Assembly (NCBI GenBank): GCA_964016885.1
Contig: OZ024740.1
Location: 65,658,001 to 65,722,000 of the forward strand
Direction of reading: 5' to 3'
DNA from: Eledone cirrhosa
Taxonomy: Eukaryota
DNA: 64,000 nt
The translations under genes and the position numbers were made by a program. Below are positions 24,456 to 38,330 of the stretch, one piece after another. The notes beneath the pieces are model-generated. The model saw nothing but the letters and a program-made list of their open reading frames with translations. It was not told the origin of the DNA and ran no database searches. The stretch's first letter is position 1. Each line of letters begins with the position of its first letter.

Positions 24456-27400
24456 TGCATTCTTTATAAACCAAAAGGATTTACACAAAGTAGACATTAA
24501 GGACAGTACAGGACAATACTGGACGGTACAAAAGGGCATTTCTGTGTGTAAAAAAACAAAAAAACAGAGGATCTAATAATAGAACAATGAAAAAATTCCC
24601 CAATAGGGGGGAGACTTCCGAGGGACATTCGTGGAGAAAGCCCATTAAAAAGCCACAGTGACCCTGACCACCAGGGCAAGTGTCGTCTCCCAGTTTTCCA
24701 CCTTTAATTTACAGACACATACACAGAGTAGGTCCATTCACTCGGGCCATTCTTGCCTCTCTCACCCATCTTTCAACAAGATGCTGGGAAGAGAGCGCTT
24801 CCCTCTCTACTCTGATTTTCCTTTTCAAATGAAATTTGTAAAAGTTAATCAGGGCATCACCAAAGAGGTAAGTGCTCGTCTTCAGCCCTTTCAAATATGT
24901 CAACCATACTATCTCTTTCGCCATGGCCACCAGACAGATAAAAACTGCCTGCCCTTCTCGGCTAAAGGAGGAGGGCGGGGCAATCCTCACGATGAACTCA
25001 GCTGATAGCTGGATCCGTCATACACGCGACAGCAGGTATTCGACATTAACCCACAAGTCAACAATGCTGGGACACTAGATGAGTGCGTGCAGGACGGTTT
25101 CGTCGCCCTGCACGTATCTCGGACATGCCCGGCTGACGGCACCTCTATGCCTGTAGAGTTTATCCCGAACTGGCAAAGCTCCTCGGTAGCACTGCCAGGC
25201 CAGGGAATTCTGGAAGTTGTCCATAGGCCCCGGCCCGAAAGTTCTTCCGAAGAGATTGGGTAGTTGATTTTCGTCGACGCCTAGAATTTCCCCAAGTACC
25301 TCGTCGCTCTTCCGCTCAACTAATCCTCTATAGAATGCCAAGGTGGAGTTTCCACCGATCACATTGCCCGATTGGACGAGGGCTGTGAGCGCCTGAACAC
25401 ATTCCAGTCTCAGAGAGCTCCCGCTCGGTCTTCGCTTGACCCAGGACTGCAGATCAGTCAAGGAGTCGAGCTGGGGAAAGTGGCGTCTAGCAAACGGCGA
25501 CCGCACCTGAGCACCGTCGAGGAAGAGGTAGAGATGTCGTAGCCCGGGCGCGTGTCTGTGCATCATCAGCCACGGCATGCCCAGCCCAGCGCGTAGCGGG
25601 TGTTGACAGCAGATGGACCGCCTGACCATCGGAGCGCGTCCCTTCCACAACAAGCGAAAGAGCAAACGCTCCAGCGCAGGCAGGCCGGTCTTAGGACAAG
25701 GTACGACGGTCAGGGGGTAGATGACGGACGCGATGTACGCGTTAGCCACATGCGCTAGACCATTCAGGAATAGCTTCCTCTCCGCCCATTTCTGGGTGAG
25801 AGAAGCCACCCTGCTCGTCACCTCGTCCCGGTTTTTGTCCGTCTGGAGGTCTGGACCGAACCAGACGCGTAGCAATTTAACCGGGTGTCCGTGCAGCCCC
25901 CGATGACGCTGTTGGACGGCATGGACCTACCTCTCCAGGTGCCGAGCTGCAGGCCCACTGACATTTACTGGTTGATCATTGCTCCTGTCACCGCTTCGTA
26001 TTCTCTTAGTGTAGTGCCGATCGCCTCGATATGTTTGGCGTTCGAGACCACTACTGTGACATCGTCCCGTTATGCTGACACGGATCTTTCGCATCCTAGT
26101 TCGCGCGGGACCCCCCTCAACGTCTCCACTTTGTGCAGTAATGGATCGAGAGTCAAAACGTACAAGAGGGACGAGAGGGGCCATCCTTGGCGGACCTAGC
26201 GCATGATGTTGAACGGTTCCGAAAGGTGACCATTCACTCTCACCACAGAGCAGATGTTTCTGTGCATGGCAGCGATCCAGCCTCTGAAGACGGGCCCAAA
26301 GCCAGCCGCCCTCATGACTGCCACTAGGTAATGATGGTCGACCCTATCGAAAGCTTTCGACTGATCAAAATTGATCAAGGACCCACCCGTGCCAGGTTCC
26401 CTAGCTACACTCTCTACGATGTATCGCATGAGGTGGAGGTTGTCTTGGATGGATCTGTCGGGAATGGCGCATGTTCTGCGCCTCTCCCAACAGACCACCA
26501 ACGACAAGCGCCAACCTCTTTAGTAGCACGTTGGCCATAATCTTGAACTCTGTGTTTAGCAGTTTAGTTATGGGCCTAAAATTTACTATGTTATCCCCCT
26601 TGTTCGGATCTTTTCTCAGCAGCGCCACAGATCCTAGGCTCACAGAGCTGGGAATTCTCCTGTTCTGTTGCCCGTTGCAGTAGACGTCCGCCAAGAGGCC
26701 TCCGAACAAGTCTGGCATCTGTACGTAAAGTACATAGGGCAGACCATCCAAACCAGGCGATTTATCCCTTGTGCAGCCAGTCATTGCCTCCCGTACTTCA
26801 GCGGCTGTTATCGGCTTTTCGCACCACTCCGCCTCAGTGGGTGAGAGCCGCGGCAGTCCGTCGAAGTAGACACTAAAGTCCATCCCTCGATTCGGCCCGC
26901 AGCTGCCCCCGAACAGCTGTGAGAAGTGTGGCTGAAAAGCTTCACACATCTTCCCGTGATCGAGTAGCATAGCCCGTCGTGGTCCACCAAAGACCGGATC
27001 GTGGCTTTGTTGCCACGCCGCGCACCCGCCACTCGGGCCCATTGAACGGCTTTCGTCGCCTCGTGTTTGAGAGCACGCACCCTAGCTCTGACAACGCCGC
27101 CTTCGTGCTTTGCATTGAAGAATTGGTCAAGGGCCAATTTCGCCGCAAGTACGTCGGTCGCTATGCCTTTGCTAAGCGCCTCGTCTAATTTTCTAGCAAG
27201 TCTCCCTCTATTTTTCTCTATTGCTAAAGCCTTACTAAACCTAATGGACTCTATTCTAATCGCTATTTTCAGAGCAAACCACCACTTGTTGTTGACGATA
27301 ACCCCCGTCAACGCCCGCTTAACTAGTTCGCTAATCCGGTCTCTGTAGGCCTTGCGCGCTGGTAAGGACGCGTTTAGCTTCCAGTAGTCGGGTCCTCGTC

Positions 27401-30172
27401 TATAAAGCCTATCTAAGTCAAGCACACAGATCACGAATTTGTGGTCCGTGTAGCTGACTATCTTGAATTTTGGACAGCCTATGCTACATCTATCTATTTC
27501 CCTACAAAATACTCTATCTAGATATGATCTGGATGACCCTACGCGATTTGTCCAAGTCCACATTGGCACATTCGAGAAATCCAATCGGTACCTGTCATAC
27601 AGTTCAAAACGCTTGAGCAGGTTGGTGAGGCTCCTGCACCCTCCTCCCTTATCCGCTAATCCCACACAGTCCCAGCGTGCATCTAAGATCCCGTTCCAGT
27701 CGCCTACTAACAGTAAAGAGCGGGAGGTTCCAAGAAAGGTCTCCAGACGCCGGAAGAATTCAGGCTGCCCTGCTCCTGTCGGAGCTTAGACGGCCACTAG
27801 CCTGAAAGCTTGCCTATCTCCGCTGCTCACGTCTAGCACCACCAACTTACCATCTGGGTCAAGCAATATGGCCCGTATGGCGATATCCAAACCTCTCCGA
27901 AAAAGCACAGCGACTCCTCCCCCCGATCCAGGTCGGCTGGGAGATGCGTACACATCGTAGCCGCCAAAGATCGGTGCGAAGGCCCCTGCTTCGGAGATTC
28001 TGGTCTCGCTGATGGCCACTACATTTATGTTTAGTGACCTGAGGTCGTTGCGCAGGTGGCCTTGCTTCCATGACGACCCCAAGCCACGCGCATTTATGCT
28101 ACCTAACCTGAGTGAGGTCATGTTGAAATGGAGTGGAAAAGATGGAAAGACCACTTACCTTACTTCTCGTAGAGGAAGGATGGTATCTCCATCCTTTTCA
28201 CTGCTTCTCGGCTCCTCCTGAAGGATGTCCTTATAAATCCTCCCGGAGAGTGCTTGTCGGACGTCTCCGATGCCTTTGGAAAATTTTTGTTTTAGTGTCG
28301 TGTACATTTTCTGTGTGATGCGAATGATTTGTATGTGTGGAGGTGGTGTGAACTTTTGGGTTGTTGTGTAGTCTTTTTCTGTGATGCTCTGTTGTGTTGG
28401 ATGTAGTGTAATAACTGTTTGTTCAAATTTATTGCTGTGTAGTGTGTATTGTTTGCGTTTGTCGTGGGTTTGTTTCTGTTTCGCTTTTTGGTGACTTTTG
28501 TGGTGTTGGTGATGGTGGTGTTGGGGTTAATGATGGTGATGGTGTTGGTGTTTGTGGTGATGAGGTTGGTGATGCTGGTGTGGATGGTGGAATAGCTGTC
28601 CTACGTTTTTTGTTTGATAGTTTATTTGTTTCCCTCTGTATTTTGTTTTTGGAGGGGGAAGGAAGAGGATTTTTTCTTTTTTCGTTTCTTTTTCTTTTTT
28701 TTTTTTTTCTGATACCGTTTCCCACTCCTCGTCGTCACAGTCTGTCTCCAGTTGCGATAGGTCCGGTAGTGGAAAATCCTCCACAGGCGTTGGTTTTGAT
28801 TGTGGCGTGGTGGATGGTGTAGGCGCTGGTGCTAGTTCTGGCGCGTTGGGTGGTGGTGGTGTTGGTTTTGCTACTGTTGCTGGGGTTGTTGCTGTTACAG
28901 ATGCTTCTGTTGTTGCTACTACAGTCGTTGCTGTCATTTCTGCTGCTGGTGGTGTTGATGGTTGAGTCACTAGGGTGGATAAGAGAGGTGGCCTCAACCT
29001 TTTAGCCTGAGGGCAGAAAACCCTTAGGTGTTTTCCTTCACCACAAATGACACACATAGGCCTTCTGCCCTCGAAGATTACGGTGAGGTGGCTGCCGTCA
29101 GTGAAGTCTATTACCTCTGGGATCTCTTCAATGCTTTTTTTATCCGCTTGGATCAGGAGCTCCATCCCAGATCCGGACCAGTTCTCGTGCTTTTCTTTCG
29201 CTATTTCGATTATCTTGGTGTTGGCTTCGATGCCGGTGAGGACGGCAGCCATTAGCCAGGGAATTTCGATGGCCTGTGGAACGTGGGTCACCCTTTTCTT
29301 CACGAGTCTCTGGTCACAATAGCTTTGGACGAGTGTGAAGTCGTCACTTCTTAATAGGGACATGGAGTGTTCTCTGGCCTCCTGTGGTGTTTCAAATAAC
29401 ACGTCCACTGTTCCATATTTCTGCCCACGTCTGATGTGGCATTTTTTTTGCCCACACATGTCCGAAAGCTTTTTGGAGGGGGGGGGGGGCCCTGTACACA
29501 TCTTTAATTTACCATTTTTTTGGCTTCTTCTAATTCCTCCTGAACTACCTGGAATGCTTCGCACTTTTTTGCTACTCACGGTTGTTTTCTTAATTTCATT
29601 GTTGCTGTCGTTGTTATCGTTATTTTTGTTATTGTTAATTTTAGTTTCAGTCACCTCCTCTCCTCCTCAGTGAAAGAGTTCATTTTGGCTGAATTCGTTT
29701 CGATATCACGAGATAATTTATTTTTCTCTTTTGTTTCTGTAGTCGCTGTGGTGGTGGAGGGGGTGGGGACTTCAACACCTGCAGTCATTAATAATGGCGG
29801 GAAATGAATGTCTGCCTGAGACAAATTAAAACTATTGCTACTGCTTATATTATTAGTGTTGGAAAAGGTAGTAATATTTACAATGGTGGTGTCGGTGTGA
29901 GGTGTTAGTTTGTGAGGAAGGCTCTGAGCTACTGGGTTCAGCTGTGAGTCGGCCATGACTTTTCAAAGAAATTCTTTTTTTGTTTGATAATTATAAAAGT
30001 TTAAATTTTGGGCTCAAGGCCCCAATCATTTTGACTGTCCTTTTCAGAAAACAATGTATTTGCACTCATATACAGTTAACAATAAACATTTTCCAATAAT
30101 GGCAAATTTAAACAACTGAAAATAACAACTTTTGCGGAGCTTACGATAATACGATTAACTACTTAGGTCGCC
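24456..30172 (-). mobile_element. L1/Tx1-like LINE (ORF1 + ORF2), full length, frameshifted
   Basis: ORF1 about 29956-28150 with CCHC knuckle CVICGEGKHLRVFC. ORF2 about 28120-24700 has an APE domain (SINARGL..VAISETR, YLDRVF, TDHKFV), RT (SPGLDGLPY, NFRPIT, FDQSKAFDRVDH) and C-terminal CPR..ETVLHAL. (TAA)n lies on both sides. Confidence 0.92.
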
Positions 30173-30204
<32 letters not shown>

Positions 30205-30207
<3 letters not shown>

Positions 30208-33200
30208 TTTCATTTATTGGCCATAAGGGCCGACATATAGGGGACAATACACAATACTGGTACAGTGAGGTTTTACAGAAAAATCGAGTAAACAAATTGA
30301 ATCACAATAACAAATTAAGAATAAAATTACAACACCAATCCTGAATGACCCGACGCTTCGAGAGCACCCTGGAAAGGCAACCCCTCTTCTCCTCAAATGT
30401 ATCTACCTACAGCCGCATGAATAGAGTAGGCCCACTTACACGGGCCATTCTCGCCACATTCAACCACCTTTCAGCAAATGTCCTGGGGGGCAGCACTTCT
30501 CTCTCCACCCTCACCTTCCTTTCCAAGTGAAACTTGAAAAAGTTGATGAAGGATTGGCCGAAGAGAAAAGTGTCTGTCTTCAGTCCTTTCAACCTCGTCC
30601 ACCATACAACCTCTTTCGCTACTGCCACCAGACAGAGGAAAATTGCCTGCCCTTCCTGGCCAAAAGAAGGCGGCGGGTCGATCTTCACTATGGACTCAGC
30701 CGATAGCCGGATCCGTTCTACACGCGACAACAGCTGTTCAACATAATTCCACAAGTCAGTAATGCACGGACACTGGACGAGTTCGTGCAGAACAGTTTCG
30801 TCGCCCTGCGCGCATCTCGGGCAGGTTCGTCTGACAGCACTTCCGTGTCTCTAGAGTTTATCTCGAACCGGCAGTGCCATCCGGTAGCACTGCCAAGCGA
30901 GGGATTTTTGGAAATTACCCATCGTCCCCTGCTCGAAATTCCTCCGGAACAGACTCCCAGAGTATCTCCGAGTGCCTCGTCCCACTTGCCCACCACTAAT
31001 CTTCTATAGAACTTGACAGTGGAAGTTCCACTGATCGCATTGCTCGCCTGGTAGAGGGCGGTGTGTGCCTTGCAGCATTCCAGATGCCAGTCACCCAGTC
31101 TCGGTCTCTTCTAGACCCAGGACTGCAGCTTAGTCAAAGAGACGAGCAGCGGAGAAGCCCGTCTGATAAACGGCGACCTGACCTGCTCAATGTTTAGGCA
31201 GAATATCGGGAGATGCCGCAGCCTCAGCGTGTGTCTGCGTATCATTAGCCACGGCATTCCCAGCCCTCCACGTAGAGGGTGCTGGCAGCAGATAAACGGC
31301 CTCACCAGCGGAACCTGACCCCACCACAATAATCTGAAGAGGAGCCGCTCCAAAATGGCGAGGCGCGAACTGGGGCCAGGGACGACAGTCAAACGGTAGT
31401 AGATGACGGATGCTTTGTACGCGTTCGCCACCTCTGCCTGACATTTCAGTGATAGCTTCCTCCCAGCCCATTTCTAGTTGAGACTGGCTACCCTGCTCGT
31501 CACCTCGTCCCAATTCTTATCCACCTGGAGGTCTGGACCGAACCAAACCCCGAGCAACTTTACTGGTCCGTCCGTCCAGCGCCCAACGACGCTGCTGGAC
31601 GGCATGGACTTGCCTCTTCAGGTGCCGAGTTGCAAGCCAATCGACTTTTCCGGGCTAAGTTTTGCTCTCGTCAACCTTTCATATTCCTCCAATAAGTTGC
31701 CAACCACCTCGATTTCTGAGGTGTCAGACACCATCACGGTGATGTCGTCCGCATTAGCCGACACAGCCTTTCCACGCCCCGGTCCGAGCGGGATGCCCTG
31801 CAACAGCTCCAGCTTCCGCAGTAAAGGCTCGAGAGTCAATACGTACAGAAAGGAGGAGAGTGTGCACCCTTGACGGACCGATCGGGAGACCTGAAACGGT
31901 TGCGAGAGGTGGCCATTCATTTTGACAACCGAGCAGGTGCCGCTGTGCATTGCAGCGATCCAGCTTCTGAAGACGGGGCCGAAACCAGCTGCCTTGAGGC
32001 GGTTGTCGTCTATGAACCTGGTTGAGATTCGGCAAGTTTGCGCTCCCCCAGCCAAATCTCCGACGAAAAGCGCCAACCTCTTCGCTAACGCCCTGGTCAA
32101 AATCTTAAACTCTGTCTTGGGCAGAGTTATGGGCCTGAAATTGTCTAATGTGTCCCTCTTGTTCTCGTCTTTCCTTTTCAGCGTCACTACGGCTCATAGA
32201 ACTGGGGATGCTTCCGTTCTGCTGTCAGTTGCAGTAAAGCGCTTCGAGGAGATTGGAGAACAAGTCTGGCATGTTTACGTAAAGCTCGTAGGGAAGACCA
32301 TCCAAACCGGGTGACTTGTGCCTCATGCAGCTGACAAGGTCATCCTGAATATCAGCTGAACTAATCGGCCTTTCGCAGCGCCCAGCGTCGGCCGTCGAGA
32401 GTTGCGGGAAGCCATTGAGGTAGGGACTGAAGTCTGCCACCGCCTCTGACCCGCCACTTCCCCCGAACATCATAGCAAAATGTTGGCGAAAGGCCTCAGA
32501 CACCCGCTTGGAATCGCTCAGCTCGTGTCCATCTCGGTCCGTCAAAGACCGAATCGTGGTTTTATTACCACGCTGCGCCTCTTCCACGCGGGCCCATCGA
32601 ACAGCTTTGGTTCCCTCGTTTCTCAGAGCACGCGCCTTAGCTCTGACAATGCAACCTTCGTGTTTCGCATTGAAGAAATGGTCTAATGCCATTCTCGCCG
32701 CTAACACGTTAGTTGCAATGCCACTACAAATAGCCTCGTCTAACTTATCTACCAACTTCCCCTCCTTTCTATTTTTCTCTAACGCTACACTTTGCTAAAC
32801 TCTATCGACTTACCCTAATCTCTCTTTTGAGAGCCCCCCACCATCTATTCTTGACGACTCCCCCTGTCAACTTTTTCTTAACTAAATTGTTGACCTGGTC
32901 CCTGTAAGCCTTACGTGCCGGAAATGACATGTTCAGCTTCCAGTAACCAGGTCCTAATCTACGCGAATTATATAGGTCGACCATACAGATTACAAACTTG
33001 TGATCTGAATAGGCGACCGTTTTAAAACGAGAATATCTTACACTATTTCTGTCTATTTTCCTAATGAATATCCTATCTATATACGATCTAGATGACCCTA
33101 TGCGGTTAGTCATGGTCCACACTGGCGCTTTAGGGAAATCTAGTCGGAACCTGCCAGACAGTTGGAACTGGCTGATAAGGTTCTTGAGGCTTTTGTATCC

Positions 33201-35545
33201 CCCGCTCCTATATGATACTCCCACACAGTCCCAGTGTGCGTCTAAGATGCCGTTCCAGTCCCCCGCTAACAGTAAAGAGCGAGACATACCCAGAAAGGCT
33301 TACAGTCGTCTAAAGATGCCCGGCTGCCATGCCCCAGTAGGGGCGTAGACAGCCACTAGTCTAAAGGCACCACCTTCTTTATTGTTCACGTCCAGGACCA
33401 CTAACTTCCCGTCCGGGTCCCGGAAGATCGACCTTACCTCGAGTTCCAGGCCTTTCCTAAACAACACTGTCACCCCACCTCCCATCTCCCGGTCGACAAG
33501 AAACTACAGACACCGCAAAGATATGATAGTCGTCGAAAATTGGGGCTAGTGCCCGCGTGTCGGAAATCCTGGTCTTGCTGACGGCAATTACAACCATTTC
33601 TAGAGACCTGAGGTCGTTGAGCAGGTGACCCTGCTTCCAGGACGATCCCAGGCCTCGAACATTTAAACTTCCTACTCTTAAAATAGCCATGTTGGGAGGT
33701 TAAAAGAGAGAGAGGAGAGGTTTACTTAATTTCCGGGATCTTGTGAAGGTCGGGTGATTCGACCTCCATAGTTGGAAACCCCTTTAAAAGTCTTGAAGTG
33801 GGTTTTACGTTTGGGGTTCCCACGCCCGAGGAAAGCTGTCTCGCATCTCTTTGTATAAATCGAGCCACATTCGCACCAGAAACAAATCTTCCGGCACGCG
33901 AAATGTGCTTGATTTATAATTTCCCCCTCTTTTTGTATATTTTCACTTCGTGCTACGAGGGCCACCAGTTCCTTGTTGACCCTCCTGACGAGCACGAAGT
34001 TTGTATGTTTTGTTGGTGTGATTTTATTTGTTTGCGTGGTTGTGATGGTGATTTTGTTGGTGGTGTCGTTTCGGTTGTGTTTGTTGTGAGTGCGGTGTCT
34101 GTGGTTTCAGATGTTTGTGGTGTATTTGTTCTTGCGTCTGTTTAGGTTGTTTGCGTTTGGGGGATTCTGGTGAGGGTGATGGTGGTGTTGATGTTGGTGT
34201 TATTGGAGAGATGTTTGCGTGGGTGGTGTCTTCATTTTTTATTGTGGGTGATTTTGTCTTTTGTTGATTTTTTTTCATTCTTGTGTTTCCTTTTTTGTAT
34301 TTTGGGTGATTTTGGTTTTCCCTCATCTTCACGACTGTTCGATGAGGGGTCTGTGTCTGTAAGTGTGTCTGTGTGTGTGTTTATGTTTTTATTGATGCGT
34401 GTTTTTTTTTTGGGGGGGGGGGGATTTGACAACTTTCCTCGTTTCCCCCCTGGATGGTCAATGTTGGTGGTGGTCTTTCTATTGGTGTTGTTGTTGGTGG
34501 TTTTGCCGCTGCTGGCGTTGGTTGTGGTCCTCGCCCCGGCGCTGGCAGCAGTGGAGCCCTTCGACCCCTTACATATTTCAGCAGTTGAGGGCAGAAGGCT
34601 CGCAAATGGGTTTTTTCCCCACAAACAAAACAATGCGGCCTTTCGCTCTCGGTCATAATATGAATGACCGTCCCATTCTGAAAGCGGATGTGGTCCGGGA
34701 ATGTCTTAACACTCTCGGGCCTGATTTGGAAAAGTATCTCGAGGTCAACCCCGGACCAGTCCTCTCTGGCCGTTCATGTCACTTCTATCGTGACGGTATC
34801 CGCCCCCTCCACAATCACACATCCCAGAAGCCACCACATGTCACATCCTGGTGGGATTCTTTTTCCCATGTTGGAGTGGTGCATTATGACCTTGCTGGTT
34901 TTGTAAGGAGTCATAGCGTGTTTCATAGCGAGGGCTTCTGACTTGAACAGCACCGCAATGGTGCCGTACTGTCTGGCCCTCGCTTTGTATTCGGTGTCTT
35001 CTCTGATGCACCTCAGCGCGACTTCGACATCTTCTTGTGGAATTAAAGCTGCCCTTTTGGTTTGTGCTGAGATGCATCTATAATGCACCGTTCTGCGCTC
35101 TACTGCTCAAAAGCTTCTACCCGGACAGTTAAGTTGGTCCAGGTTTGCTCTTGCTTGATGAGCTTCCAGGCCTGGGCCAACTTTTCATCTTTGTTTGAGA
35201 GGTCCATGTTGGAGCATGGCCTCTTTTTTACTGCTACCGCAGCGAAAGTGTTCTTCTTGTTGTCATTGGGGGTGTTTTTGTTGTTTTCGTTGATCTTGTT
35301 GGTGTTGTTGTTATCACTGTCGCTGTTATCATTGTTGTCTTTGGTGCCGCCGTTGTTCTCGGTGCAGTTGGTATTGTTGCTGTTGGTGTTGTCGCTATTT
35401 GTTTTCATGTTAGTGGTGTTGATATTGTTGTTGCATTTGTCATTTTTTTGTTATCTACATTTTCGTTGTCGATGTTACTGTCACTTTTTTCAAAATTAGA
35501 GTTCTCAGTGTTGTTATCATTGCTGTCTTTGTTCACACAGTTATC
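30205..35545 (-). mobile_element. Second L1/Tx1-like LINE in tandem, related but diverged, 5' end lost
   Basis: ORF1 fragments with CFVCGEKTHLRAFC. ORF2 33690-30407 has SLNVRGLGSSWKQGHLLNDL, LAGDWN, SDHKFV, SPGLDGLPYE, VRQGCTLS and NADDIT, with an internal deletion in RT. Confidence 0.9.
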
Positions 35546-35559
35546 ATTGCTGTGTTTGG

Positions 35560-35764
35560 TTCATTACAGTTGAAAATTGCAAACTCGACTGTCACCACAT
35601 ATCATGAACCTGAAGATTGCGAAAGCATGAAAGTACTTGTTCAATTAACACTTAGAATTTAATATTCTATCATACTATTTCATTATAATACCATATTATA
35701 TTATATATATTTTAAAGGATTGTAAATAAAACGAGTAAATCAGACAAAGTTGGAATTCCTCTTA

Positions 35765-35770
<6 letters not shown>
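35560..35770 (+). mobile_element. Solo PLE pseudo-LTR, copy of 56650-56850
   Basis: Near-identical to the 3' end of the PLE at 54335-56850; ends in (TA)n. Confidence 0.85.
35605..35643 (+). ncRNA. Minimal type-I hammerhead ribozyme
   Basis: TGAAC CTGAAGA T-TGC gaaa GCA-T GAAA GTAC TT GTTCA; palindromic AGTACT stem III. Confidence 0.75.
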
Positions 35771-35857
<87 letters not shown>

Positions 35858-35862
<5 letters not shown>

Positions 35863-36704
35863 GTACATCTACCAACATATGCGTACAGATGTACACTAAT
35901 GCTAGCAAATATATAAGTTATGTCAAAGTACCTAGGTGGTTCTATGCAGAGGGATGCAGAACAATTATATGAAAGACGTAATATAAGAAAATTTTTAAAA
36001 TTAAAAATTAACTTACTTACTAAAATTTTCACTCCAACTAATTAGTTTCTGTAATGGGATAAATATAGTTACACAATATAACTATCGAGAATTCATTACG
36101 TCATCAGGTAGTCTATTCTCAGCTGAGTTCCCAGGCAATGCGCGGACACTAGGAACCCATATAAAAATAATAATTCAGTGGATGTAATAAGCTAGCGAGG
36201 ACTAAATTCCATAGCACTGACATAACTTATATATTTGCTAGCATTAGTGTACATTTGTACGCATATGTTGGTAGATGTACTAATTCTCTATATTTATCTC
36301 CAAATTATTTGTTGAGCAAACTTGCCAAATCTACTGCTAATACATAGTAGTAGTAGGCTCTTGTCATAATACCACCCCACGCCTAACTGATAACCTCAGT
36401 GTCACGTGATTGATTCTTTAGAATCTGCCATTGACCAGAGGTAGTGAACTTTTTCAGTGCTATGGAATTTAGTCCTCGCTAGCTTATTACATCCACTGAA
36501 TTATTATTTTTATATGGGTTCCCAGTGCCCGCGCATTGCCTGGGAACTCAGCTGAGAATAGACTCCCTGATGACGTAACGAATTCTCGATAGTTATATTG
36601 TGTAACTATATTTATCCCATTACAGAAAGTAATTAGTTGGAGTGAAAATGTTAGTAAGTAAGTTAATTTTTAATTTTTAAAATTTTCTTATTTTACGTCT
36701 TTCA

Positions 36705-36705
<1 letters not shown>
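35858..36705. repeat. Nested inverted repeats between (TA)n tracts
   Basis: 35858-35925 vs 36218-36285, and about 35965-36220 vs 36455-36705, are reverse complements. Confidence 0.85.
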
Positions 36706-36735
<30 letters not shown>

Positions 36736-37749
36736 GTATAATTCAAGTGGAGAAACGTCGGTTGATTAATTATTTCGACCGAGTGTAGCAACGCACTCCA
36801 GGCCCAGGTTTCCGTAAAGTACTGTCACTAAAATATCAGAATGGATGTCAATATTATAAAAAAAGATACTTTTGTAACGTATACATCCTCTGTTATTTAT
36901 ATTATCATGTTCTACACATTTCAAAGACATGAAATTGATTGCATAATAACCCTATGAGGTATTTTTATCACACAGGTTTTAAGTTTTAATGTTTTTGTAT
37001 TTCATAGGCCACCGTAGTTAGGAACACGAGGAAAGCAGTCCCACTGCAAGTAAATATATGATGTAGATAATGGTTTCTGTAGAGAAGCAAGGCGTGTGAG
37101 ATATTACCTTTGTTAAGAATATGAGATGGTTACTTGACTAAGTTGTCAAATTACCAAGATGGTCACTCACACCGGTTTATATAGGTTAATGAATATATAC
37201 GTGTTAATATTTTCGTTCTGTAAACATTATAAACAATTTGTAATGTTAAATAATGAATATATATTCAGCGTTACGTGAGTGTGTGTCCGTGGAACGTATA
37301 CATATACACCAGGGCGGAACACAAAAGAACCAAATCCCCACTGTCACTGCCTCCTTCTCTCCTTCTCTCCTTCTCTCCGCATCCCTCAATATTATGAGCA
37401 AATGGGGGCCCACCCGCTGGCCCACTGTTCTTTACAGAATGCAAGCTTACTAGTGGCGGTAGATTGTGCATTCAGCATTCTTATATTGTATGTGAATTGT
37501 TTTTTGGTATTCATCATAGAGTGAGTGTATAGGTTTTGGAATCTATTGATTCAGGTGTCTAACAAAACGATATATACAAGACTTGATTAGTCGTTGTTTT
37601 ATGGGGGGCGTAAGTAGTATATATCTTTAATGTATGTCGGAGGGCTGGACTGTTGTAAAGAAAAGAGACATGTATAACTATAAAATGATGCACCGGAAGG
37701 TTTCAAATTTAAGTGATTAGTTGAAAATATAAGAAATAGGCTAACTATG

Positions 37750-38330
37750 TAATCGGAAGAAATCTTAGATATTTATGCCTACAAATTGTAAAGAGGCCCG
37801 AGTGGTTATTAATTACCGGAGGTCTGTCATTAATAATGTTTAGAGTTTCGGTGGTGCAACGATCGCCATTACACGAAAAAGATCCACTCCCATTCAAGAC
37901 ACAGAGTATTGTACTTGATCCTGCTTAAGTCTCCATAAAAGTTCGGATAGTACCGTGCTCCGTCTAATATCGATCCAGTTAAAGGAGTGGTGATTGTTAT
38001 ACAATCTACCCTTAAAACTGGTCCCTGTTGTGCCGATATATTTATACATTGCATCCATAGATTTAAATCTGCTCAATTCTGCTATATTCCCATGGCGACA
38101 TTTATTTTGCATAGGACAGTTGGATGGAATACTACAGTTATAGTTAATGTTGTTCTCGCATATTGTAGTATGATTATATCTATACAAACGGCCGGCTATC
38201 TGTTACGGATTAATCGAGTTGTGTCTGTTCGTCTTGTTGTCATGTGTCCTTAATATGTTTCCGTTGGGTACCCCTGGATATATTGTCAGTTAATGTGTCT
38301 ATTCTAGTAGTTATACTCTGAGTGTTTTTG
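37750..38330 (-). mobile_element. Penelope-like relic, GIY-YIG region
   Basis: NCSIPSNCPMQNKC..YKYIGTTGTSFKGRLYNNHHSF..TVLSELLWRLK (37894-38187). Confidence 0.8.

Noticed and set aside
28442-29673. Plus-strand hydrophobic or low-complexity ORFs, also 34170-35499
   Set aside because: Antisense shadows of the Tx1 ORF1s.
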